NCBI GenBank assembly: GCA_030265395.1
Contig: JARFYF010000051.1
Coordinates: 15,925,552-15,989,551, forward strand
Reading direction: 5' to 3'
From: Rhina ancylostomus
Taxonomy: Eukaryota
Length of the DNA stretch: 64,000 bases
Of the stretch, positions 12,501 through 24,500 are shown one piece after another. The first letter of the stretch is position 1; every line of letters begins with the position of its first letter. Below the pieces are notes generated by a model. That model was not told the DNA's origin, did not search any database, and saw only the letters and a program-made list of their open reading frames with translations. The position numbers and the translations under genes were made by a program.

Positions 12501-15500
12501 ATTGTTAATTAAAATTGTTTCTGAACATTGAACAGAGAATGCAGTTGTTATGCCTGCTACTAATTTTCTCTCTTCTCAGAATGTCGAGCTACAAAAAGTT
12601 ATCAGACCGTCAGACGTCAAAGACACAAGCATCGACCAAACCTTCACTCCCTCTGAATGAAGGTTTTAGAGAGACTTTGAAAGGTAGTGGACATATATTT
12701 CTATCATTTGTGATTCATGAACTAAATGGAAAACTTTGAATGTGTATGTGGATAATTATCACAAAGGAAAAACAATTGATGATTCAACTGTGACTTAGTC
12801 CATACAGGTAGATAGTGATGTAGTACTGGATATCTTTCCAGATTTACTTATTTACCCAACTGCAGAAATCATGAGATAAGCGTAAGATTAATTACTATAT
12901 ATAGCTTAGAAAAGGGCCGTTCAATTTAGGCAGTCCATGCTGGATTTCACATTTGAGCCTCATTCCATCCTACCTCATCTAAATCTATTAGCCTGGCCTT
13001 CTATTCCATTTTTGCTCATATGTTTGTCCAGCCTCCCCTTAAATCTATCTGTATTATTTCTTTCAACCATGATTTCACCTCTTCGGCTGAATATTTCCAG
13101 CATTCTATTTTGGTTCAGATTTCTGGCAACTGCAGTGCTTTCTATTTCACAATTGTGGCACTTCCTTTTTCTCCCCGCTATGTTTTTATTTATCATTTTG
13201 TACTTAGATGTCCACCAGACAGATTCAGCTATGATTAACAAACCTTCACCACCCTTCCTCAGCCAGCACTGCTATTTGTGTCTTTCAGTTTGTCTAGATC
13301 TCCACCCTGTCACAGACATTCCCTTTGATCTCTCCATCTCCTCCTACTTTACATCATAAAATATGCTTTATTTCTAAGGTCATTTTAACTTGGTTCTCTC
13401 TCTATAGAAGCTGCCTGACCTGTTGAATATTTCCAGTATTTTCTATTTCAGATTTTCAGTACCTGCAATTTGTTTTGGTCTTGATAACCTCTGGAACAAC
13501 TTTTATTGATTGGTATATCTATCCACCAGTCTGTTTATTCTTCTACAACTCCTCCCCACCCTTAAACTTGCACTTTCCAAATAATAAAGGACCTCTCTTT
13601 TCCAACCAAAATGTACCAGCTTGGATTTTTTATGTTGAACTTTACCAATGTTTTTGTCCATTATGCATGTTTATTTATATTGTGTAACTTGTTGGAGCCC
13701 TCTGTGTTGTTTACCCTCAAAATATCTGTAAATAGTCTATTTGATTCCAGAGTCTAAATTGTTAATGTAAATTGTGAACAGCTGTGATCCTAGCATTTAA
13801 CCCATGGGGCAAACGGTTGCCCTTTGTTCCTACTTTCCTGTAGCCACCTATCAAGTCTTGGCCTGAAATGTCGACTGTTCATTTCTCTCTGTAGATGCTA
13901 CCTTGACCTGCTAGTTCCTCCAGCATTTTGTGTGTTGCTCCAGATTTTCAGCATCTGCAGTCTCTCTTGTGAATCTATTCTGCTGCATTCCCTGACTTTG
14001 CATTCTGTATTTGCATCCATTACTTTTCTTACCACCGATGTTAAAGTTGATCTGTCTATAATTCTCTGGATGTATTCTATTTCTCTTCTTAAAAATAAAC
14101 GATAATATATTAGCGTTTTCCAGTCCTCTGGTACTTTCTCTGATGTATTATTAAATAACTGCACTAATGCCTCTCCCCTACCCTAGCTTATTTTAAATTG
14201 GAATTGGTTTATTATTGTCACATGTACCTAGGTACAGAGTAAAACTTTGTTTTGCATGCCATCCATACAAATCATTTCATTCCAACAGTGCATTGAGGTA
14301 GTACAAGGGAAAACAACAGAATGCAAAATCAAGTGTTAAAGTTACAGAGAAAGTGTAGTGCAGCCAAATAATAAGGTGCAAGGGCATAACAAGGTACATT
14401 GTGAGGTCAGGAGTCCATCTTATCGTGCTAGGGGATTGTTCAAGAGTCTTGTAACAGTGGGACAGAAGCTGTCCTTGAGCCTGTTGGTACGTGCTTTCAG
14501 GCTTTTGTATCTTCTGCCCAATGGGGGGTGTTGGAGGAGGAGAAAGAATGTCCAGGGTNNNNNNNNNNNNNNNNNNNNNNNNNNNNNNNNNNNNNNNNNN
14601 NNNNNNNNNNNNNNNNNNNNNNNNNNNNNNNNNNNNNNNNNNNNNNNNNNNNNNNNNNCCAGGGTGGGGGGTGGGTGGGCAGGATGTTTGATTATGTTGG
14701 CTGCTTTACCGAGGCAGTGAGAAGTGTAGACAGAGTCCATGGAGGGGAGGCTGGTTTCAGTGATGTCCTGGGCTGTGTCCACAACTCTCTGCTGTTCCTT
14801 ACGGTCCCGGGCAGACCAGTTATCATATAAACTCGTGATACATCTAGATGGGATGCTTTCAATGGTACATCAATAAAAATTGGCGATCGTCAAAGGGGAC
14901 ATGCCAAATGTCTTTAGCCTCCTGAGGAAGTAGAGGTGCTAGTGTGCTTTCTTGGCCATGGCATCTACATGGTTGGACCAGGACAAGCTATGGGTGATGT
15001 TCACTCCTAGGAACTTGAAACTCTCAACACTCTCGACCTCAGCACTGTTGATGTAAACATTGTGTTGATGCAGCTTATTTACTATATTCTCCTTTCTATT
15101 TTAAATCTACACATTTCATTCTTCATCTTATCCTCCAACACCATGGTCACCCAGGTAACTGCTGAAGCAAAATAATTATTTAATATTTCTCTGTATCTCT
15201 ACCACCTCTGTATCGCTACCTGTGGCTTTATCCTGTCTGTCCCTTAATGGAGCTATTCCCTTTTATCTTTACTCATCCATGGAATCTCATAAGTGTTTAA
15301 TTTTCTTCTTTTAGTGGAATATGCTTTGCTTGCACTCTGTTGAACCCTCCTTTAATGCTTCCCATTGTTATTCTGCATTGTTTTTTTGCCATTGTTGTTG
15401 CCCAGTTTATCTTTTTTTTGCCCATTAATATTAGATTAGAAATGCCAATTGTAGAAACACCATTTCCTTATTCTCTTATCTTCTTCTGTCCAATAATATC

Positions 15501-18500
15501 AAAGTAGTCACATTCTTTATTAATATTTACATAATTTGTTTGCATATTTCTTTATTCATCTTGCTTCCATATTAGATGGGGTATCCATGTGAATTCTATT
15601 TTTATCTTCATTATAGACGCACCCCTTCTATTTGACTATTACTCAATAATTACCATTAGTCTGATTTACGCTTTGTCCTCTGTTATCTTTTTTTAAGAAT
15701 GTTATACCATCTGATGTTTAATTTCTAGTCCCAATTTTTCTGTTGCCATGTGTTGGTAATCTTTATCATGATTGCTTCCTATTTCCCTGTTTTATTTTGG
15801 ACAATATTTACTATGCTGCCTTGAGATTTTTAATATTTTTCATTGTCTTCTCATCTCTTCAATGACATTCTGAGTCATTTAATATTTGTTAACATGTACT
15901 TAGAGTTGGGACCCTAGAAGCTTTCCATATAGTTATACATGTTTTAATAGTCTGCCACCCTTTATATCCTAAAGCTATTATTGCCTCTTTGATAATGCAA
16001 GTAGGAATACAAGTTTTGCAGGTTTTCTGCATGTTTGACTTATTTATTGTGTCAGCTTTGTAAATGGTATTGTTTTCTCCAGAATCAGAAAATCATCGAG
16101 TTAGACTTTTCCCTAGAGACCTGAGCTTATCAACTGGCTTAAGCTGGCACTTCAATGCAGTGCTGAGAAAGTGCTACACTGTCAGAAGTATCTTGTAGAT
16201 GAAGTAGTAAACAGACTTCTGAATTTCATTAGCAGAAGTCCTGCTGTTTGGAAGAGAAGTTAAATTAAAGCACGTCTTCCACTAGGTGGACATTAAATTC
16301 CACTGCATCATTTTGTACAAGAGCTGAGAATGCATCAATATTTTATGCCTCAGCAAAGCCTTTAATGATTGTGTCATTTACTCTTGGTGTAAAAGTGATC
16401 ATGCTGAGAAAATTATTGCTGGGAAGCGCTGCTAGGATTCGAGCAACACAATATAAATTTGTTTCTTTATATAATAAGAATTGATCTCTTGTGAAGATTT
16501 TTTTAAACTGACATTTGTTCTTATTCATCCAGATACAGATTTTGTAGGCAGACGTTTCCAATCACCTGAGAAATTTCAGATAAAAAATCTACATGATCAA
16601 AGTTTTCAGTCTTATCAATCTTCAATTTCCAGAAACAAAACCACAGTACCGGATCCAATCACTCAGTCAAGTAAGTGCAAGTCAATCTGTTTCAAACAAG
16701 TTTTGCATTGTACTTTTATGTTAAATTGGGACATAAGGTAATTAAGCAATAAAAATGCCCCTGCCCCATCCAAATTTGGAACATTAATCTAAAATCTATC
16801 ATCTCATTATATGAGCACAAGCAGTTGTCAGAAGAGTGCTGTGGGTGAGAGGATGGATACAGAGTGAGGAGCAGGTGGGGCTGCTTCCTCAAAGCTCCAG
16901 TGAACAGGATTCAATTCAGAGTTCAGAGTCCTAAAGCTATAAATGCCTCTTTGATAACGCAAGCAGGACTATAAGTTTTGCAGGTTTTCTGCATGTTTGA
17001 CTTATTTATTGTGTCAGCTTTGTAAATGGTATCATTTTCTCCAGAATCAGAAAATTATTGAGTTAGACTTTGTGGAGTCTATGTGGAGTTTGCACAATTT
17101 CCTGTGGCCACGTGGATTTCCCATGGGTATTCATTCAGCTTCCTTCTACGTCCCAAAAATGTGTTGATTGGTAGGTTAGTTGGCTTCAGTAAATTATTGT
17201 AGCAGGGTGATACGTGAATCAGGGGAATTTATGAGCAAGTAAGCAAAGAAAGATTACAGGGAAATAAGTGGAGGAGTATGATTGATAGGATTGCCCCGAG
17301 AGTCGGCACAGTGTTGTGAAAAAAATATGTATATGGAAAATGAACATAGTTTTACACTGTATAGTGGTTAGCAAGATTTGCAACCTCTATTGGTTGATTA
17401 CCTAATATAATAAAAGCAGTGGAGACTTTCTTTCTGCAGGTTATCCTGGATGGAGTGATTCATCAAGCGAGACACAGCCAATATTCTCCATTTATGAAAG
17501 AGTTAATGAAGACAATCAGAAGAAGAAAGGTCAAGTCCTAATGGAGGAGAAGAAAAGGAAGAAAGGAAACATTAAAGGTGAGATGTAACAGCAGTGATAT
17601 AACGTCTGGTTTGAGTCTTCAAGAGTGAATCACAAATTTAAGTATCAAAATTTGTTTTGACTAGGAATTTCATTTAGAACATGCTTGTCCTGCATTACCG
17701 CAAGGTTGGATTAGAATCTGCTCCAAAGTAGTCCCTGGAGCTCAAGCTAGGAACAACTTTTATAAGAGCTTAAAGTTTAGTTACCCTGCTTCAAACAGGT
17801 TTAATATTGCTCTTGTTAATTAAATCATAACATAAAACAATAAAGGAATAAGAACCTCATTCCCCTACTCCCAATGCAAATTTGAAGCATCTTTGATTAA
17901 TATCATATTGCCTTCTCATCATATTCTTCTAGGCCTTTTCTCTGAACATCCATGGGTTTCTCTCTGTGATCTATCCTTGGTACAATTTTTCACAGAAAGG
18001 TTCATATTTTAAGAAAATAAAACCAAGTTCTCACCATGATGGGAGATTGTGGAGGCAAAGAACCTTCATNNNNNNNNNNNNNNNNNNNNNNNNNNNNNNN
18101 NNNNNNGAGGTCTAGGAATGTAGATTCTAGCACACATGACATTTTGCACGTTGTGTGTATTCAAACATTCCTTCCTTGAGACCTCAAACAAATTGAGTTG
18201 AAGTCCCCTGTGCAATACCAGTTTACATATGTTAAAGAATTTCTGGGCCATCATTTTGAAATCACAGGCATGCTCATCCTTATGGCCATTCATCTGCTTT
18301 ACTTAGTTGGTTGAAACTTTCAGTTTCTTTTGTACAAGGATATATTTAGAATATGACTAGCTGTTAAATGCAAATAGGATTTCAGAGTACTTATCAGATC
18401 TTGTCAATGGGAATTGTGATTCAATTTTACTAAGCTGGTTTCCTGGATAAGTACCTTTGGTCAGCATGTGCCATTTGCGTATGCCCAAATCAATTTATTA

Positions 18501-21500
18501 AAATTGATACCCCTCTTCTATTCAGCGTGGTGTTAAACAGCAATCACTCTGCTTGCAGCTGTAGTATTTTACTGCTGTTCATAGTACAGCTCCACTTCCC
18601 ATTGACAAAGTAGTAGTGAAAGATGTGTAGGTTATCTAATTAGCTCCTATTAAAAGCAAGAGTAAATTATTGTGATGAAAATGGGAACCAGTAGAAATAT
18701 TGCACAAAAAAACAAACTGCTGGAGGAACTCAACAGGTCAAGCAGCATCTGCGGAGGCAAAAGGGCATCAGCGTTTCCAGCATGTGCAGTCTATTGTATC
18801 ACCAGTAGAAATGTTAGGGTACTTTTCTTGTACTTCAGGGGATTGATTTTGGGAGGCAGATTTAATGAAACGAAATTAATTCCAAAAGAAGAATGAAATC
18901 TTTATACAAATAACATAGCATAATAGTGGAGCAAAATGTATATTGAACTTCACCTGTATGTGAACCCAGTTGAGACAGTCTCTGAATTACTTCTTGACAT
19001 TGTTGATTTGGTATTTTCATTTTCTTTCTAATATGGTGGTAGTATTATTATCTGTGATTCTTGTAATTCGTGTAAATAAAAGTAAATTTGTTTTAAAGAC
19101 ATTATTTTTGCATGCTCATTTGACTAAACAAGTGAATACCCAAGCCATTACAGTCAAGATTAACTAAATTTGATTCAGAGTCTGTGATGATTTAGTTAAT
19201 CTCAGTGTGAATGGTGATCAAAGGTTAATGAAGGGAAAGTCTACTACCTGTTCTCTTGGTCGCCATCCTACTAGAAACAGACATGCATGGCATTCCGAAA
19301 GGTTTCTCAGCTCTCTCCATTCCTTCAATAGTTCTCTGATATTAGCAGGCTTGACTCAGATGTGAAGAATAGTTTCATGTATGAAGGCTACTGATAGCAA
19401 TGCTTTCAGGATAGATTGTGGAAGTATGAAAAACATTAAATTGGATCAAATAAAATCTACATGGAACTTGTTTCCTTGCAATTTTCTGCCCTTTCCTCTT
19501 TGAAGACTTCTGTGGTTTGATTCCACATGTACCAGTGCATAAACAGTTGATATCAACATGGTGCTCAGGCATGGAAAGTTACCAGTTGTGTCATCTGATG
19601 TCTAAATACAAGAACTTTGGCTGCAGATGTTCGATTGGGCATTTGCATTTAGACAGGAACCTTGATTGTGTTTTTTTGCCTTTCACCAGTTGGAGCATGT
19701 GTCTAGCTATGATTAGTTGACTATATGGACCTTTCAGGTGTGCAAGGTCCTATGTCAGCTTGGATAATGCCCATTTCTATAAAATGGTTGGGAATATTCT
19801 GCATGTGTGTTTTCCAAGGAATATTCTTTTGTGTTTCCTACATCAGGAGAAAGTATTCAAAGTAGCAATGGGGGAAAGGGTGAATTTAGGAAAATCAAAT
19901 CTGGTCTATATTGCTTCATTCATTGAAAGATGTTTCTGTCTCTTTGAAATAAATCAAATATTTCTCAATCATTTTGACTGAATGTAGGGAAGCTTTATAA
20001 CCATTGATCCTTGTCTCATATTCTTATGTCAAAAAATATTTTGTTTAGAAACCTTAAAGAAANNNNNNNNNNAACACGAAGCACCTCAACATCCAGCACA
20101 AATCAAGCCAAACATCCACCAATATGCCCTACAAGGAAGACCTTGTATCCAGCCAGCAGTTTATTCAAGTTTTGTCCAAAGAGAAAACGGAGGTAGAGAA
20201 GATTTCTTCTGAGGCTGGGATGTCTTTGACAGAGGTAATGCACTAACATTTGTGCAAACTTGCTTTTCATGGTTATTCAAGCTAATGTATGTTGATATTA
20301 CCAAAAGAAACACTTTCCTCTGTTCATACATCCAGAATCACATTTTCCCATTCTGGGGATAGCATGACTGAATACAAATTAAATCTTCTTCCATTCTGCT
20401 ACAACTGTTCATCTCAACTCGACTTTGCACTGTACCAAGATGACAATGTTAATCATTTTCTATTCCAGTCATCCTGTCATTGTGACCAATTAAATACCAT
20501 TCATTATACAAGGTTCCGTAATTAATAAAATAGATTGTATAATGATCTCAGAAAACCATCCTCTTTAATTTCCTACAGCCTTGGCTTTATAGCCTTTCTG
20601 AGTCTGGTGGCTTCATCCACGCATTCATCAATTTTACTAATTTTCTATCATATTTGGTCATGCTTAATTTAAAACTATGACTTCTTTGTTCAAAGGAGAT
20701 CAGGGAACTTCTAGCTAATTTTTATCCTCAGTTAAAATTACCTTGAAAGATTTTCTGATTACTATTTCATTTCTACCAGTGGGCCATTGCTGTGTACAAA
20801 TTGTTTGCCATGTTACCTGTATTACAACAGTAACAACATTTTAGAATGTCCTGAAAGGCTGTGGAAGTTTCTAAATAAATGAAAGGTTTTGACTTCTTTT
20901 GAAAGAGTGGGTGGATTTTTTCAACACCTTTTCCTATCTGATAAACATCTCGTGACAATTATTCTTGTTAAAAATACACGTTAAGTACAAGCTGTTGTTT
21001 TCCCTTAAGTCCAAGTTCAACATCTTAATTCAGTTCTGTGCCAATGGTATTGAAAAACCAAACATTGACCTTTAACTGTGTCTACCAAGTTTATGACTTC
21101 TGGAGTAAGTTGTGATGCCATAATCAGTGAGGATAGAGAAATTTTCTGATGTGCATCTCAAGAATTCCTCAGCTGTACAAACATATTTTCCTTGTTGTAG
21201 GTTTCTTTGGCAGTGGTGGGAGCAGGTTTAGTTGATGAATTTAGTGGGGCATCCCATAAAATAAAGCTTCATGATTGTTGATATTCTAACTTCCTTCAAG
21301 GTAATTGATTTAAAGGCTTTAAAGGGCCCAACTTCCCATTATTACCTTAGTTAATTTGCTTGAAGTGTTATATATTCTAGTGCTCCAGGTCCCCCTATAC
21401 CAGGCTACAGCATTGAATTTCAATTATAAATCTGTGAACTTGTTTCTCTTCCACAGCTTGAACAGACAAATGTTGGCTTTACTGAGGAATGCATTGAACC

Positions 21501-24500
21501 CATAAGTGCAGGGGTAGCTTCAGAGGAAAATATAGTGGTTGGAATCATGAAAGATGCCCCGACTTATGAAAAAAATAAGTGAGTAGATTATATTAACATG
21601 TTCTAGTCACTTACGTCATGGAAAAGGACAAAGTACCTTCTAAGGTTTTATAAAGTTGGCAATTTTCACCTTATTGATCTGGACTAAGTTGAAAATATCA
21701 ATGGGTAATGGCAAAGTTAGCTATTGGTATTTGTTTATTATTATCATTTGTACCGAGGTACAATGAAAAACTTGTCCTGGCAAACTTGATCATTCCTTAC
21801 AAAGTGCAGTTACATTGAGTTTCTGTATTATTTGGATTCATCATTTAGGGTTAATTCCATTCCCCCCATTCTTACAGAAAAGTTTCACAACAGAAGTTAC
21901 CAGGTCAAAATGAACAACCATTTAGAAAAGGTCCACTCGTTGTGTGAGCTTTCTTTTAACCATCTAGTGTGGGTATGAAGTTGAAAGGAGTTTGACATTC
22001 TGGGAGCTTATTGGTATTGGTTTATTATTGTCACTTNNNNNNNNNNNNNNNNNNNNNNNNNNNNNNNNNNNNNNNNNNNNNNNNNNNNNNNNNNNNNNNN
22101 NNNNNNNNNNNNNNNNNNNNNNNNNNNNNNNNNNNNGAAGATCTATTTGATCAATAAGAATGGGAAAAGTATCATCATGCTGCTGTAGTGGGAACATGAA
22201 AGGGCATAACATGTAGGTCAGGGTGTTTAACCATTCTTGAGACTCAGTTTTGTTATTGGCAAAAACCAAACTGTTTATTCTCCTGCCAATGACAGCGTAT
22301 TTGCTTTAAAGCAACTAACTTATCATATTATGGATGGATAAAACCAGTACCCTGTATCAATAAAACTCATGGAAATTATATTTGTCCTTTGGACACATGT
22401 GTTATTTAATAGGTTAGTGGTTATCTCTACTGGCATGATCACATATCACAATGTCCACCGTAATAATGTTCAGGTTCCCAGTGAAACAATTAATTAACAT
22501 AATTGTGGAGGGTCTACTGCAAGGTTTCTGGAAGAATATTGGTATAGGTATTAGTTTATTATTGTCACTTGTACTGAGGTACAGTGAAAAACTTGTCTTG
22601 TATACCAATCATACAGGTCAATTCATTACACAGTGCAGTTACATTGAGTTAGTAGAGAATGCATTGAGGTAGTACAGGTAAAAACAATAATAGTACAGAG
22701 TAAAGTCTCACAGCTACAGAGAAAGTGCAGTGTAGGTAGACAATAAGGTGCAAGGTCACAACAAGGTAGATCGTGATGTCAGAGTCCATCTCAATGTATA
22801 AGGGAACCGTTCAATAGTCTGATCACAGTGGGGTAGAAGCTGTCCTTAAGCCTGGTGGTATGTGCCCTCAGGCTCCTGTAGCTTCTACCTGATGGAAGAT
22901 GAGAGAAGAGAGGATATTCCGGGTGGGTGGTGTCTTTGATTTGGTAGAACACAGTGGTGCTCCAGGGCTATATATCCATATAGGATATTGCTGCTGGTAT
23001 AGATCTAGCCCTGGGAACTCTCATTCCTTTGGCAACTTTGCTCATATAACTTTTTCTTCCTCCAATTTTCATTGGCCTGCCAAATTTTCCATTTTAATTT
23101 TGGACATTAGTACCTCTGTGAGACTGAGAAGGAATATAATGAAGTTTGCATTAGTCCTAGATGACTCAGAGAGCAATAGAGTCATGACAGCATAGAAATA
23201 GGCCCTCTGGTCCACTGAGGCCACACGGACAATCCAGCATCTATGTACGCCAATCCTACACTAACCGCATTTTATTCTTCTCACGTTCCCATCAACTCCC
23301 CTCAAATTCTACCATGCTTCTACACATTAGGGGCACTTTACAATGGACAATTAACCTACCAACCAGCACATCACAGCTCAGAGAAAATGCGAAACCTACA
23401 CAGACAACACCTGAAATCGTGATTAAACCTGTGTCGTTGGAACCATAAGGCAGCAGCTGTACTAACTGCGCCATTCAGTGCTCCAAGCTATATCACATCA
23501 TGGCATGTTTCTACTGGTATAGATCTAGCCCTGAGAGATCACATTCAGTTGACAACTTTGTTTAATATAACTTTTTCCCTTTTTTATTCCCCAGCCTAAT
23601 CTACTATTTTGATTTTGGACATCAGAACTTCTATGAGACAAAGAAGGAATATAATGAAGCTTGCATTAGTAACCTAGCAGACTGGTAAGCTATCTTGTTT
23701 TGTTTTAGACGTAGTAGTAGCCTGCAAAAGGACAATATGATTCAAAATTAGGAAGACTGAAGACACTAACCCCATTTTTATTCTTCCCACATTCCCATCA
23801 ACTCCCCTTAGATTCTACCACACTTCTACACAGTAGGGACACTTTACAATGGACAATTAACCTACCAACCAGCACACCTTTGGCATGAGGGAGGAAACTA
23901 GAACACTCATTTGATACCCATGTGGCTACAGAGAAAATGAAGACATTGTCTTTGAACCTAGCCACCAATTTTGTCTACTTTCCCAGAATATGGTAAACTG
24001 CTTTCTACTTCACCGTGCTACTTAATGCAGAACTGAACTTCTCATCCCATTTCCTTCCCAATAATATTTCTATCAGACCAAGAAGGACAATACTAAATAT
24101 TGACTATCTCCCATCTCTACCCTAGCACACCCTAATTACTAAAAGAACTTTCATTCATATCTTGTGACCTCCAGACTCAATCATTCCAGCATTTGTCCTT
24201 CAGATCTGGCATTCCCAAAGAAGTTCAGCTTATCCTAAACTCTGCAATCCTTATCCAAATCCATACGGCACTGGTCATTCATCATCTCTGTGCTTGCTGG
24301 GCATCATTGATGCCTGATTGTCCAATGTCACCTGTTCAAAATTTTCATTCTCATATTTATGTGTTTTTTGGTCAAGTGATACAATGTGACATTGTTGGAA
24401 AGAGCTGTTTGCGATGGTAGGGATCGTGGTAAATGTGGTCATTTCCTTCAGTCTCCAAAAGGACAATGTTCCTTCAATCCTGGCCTTCTGATTACTCCCT

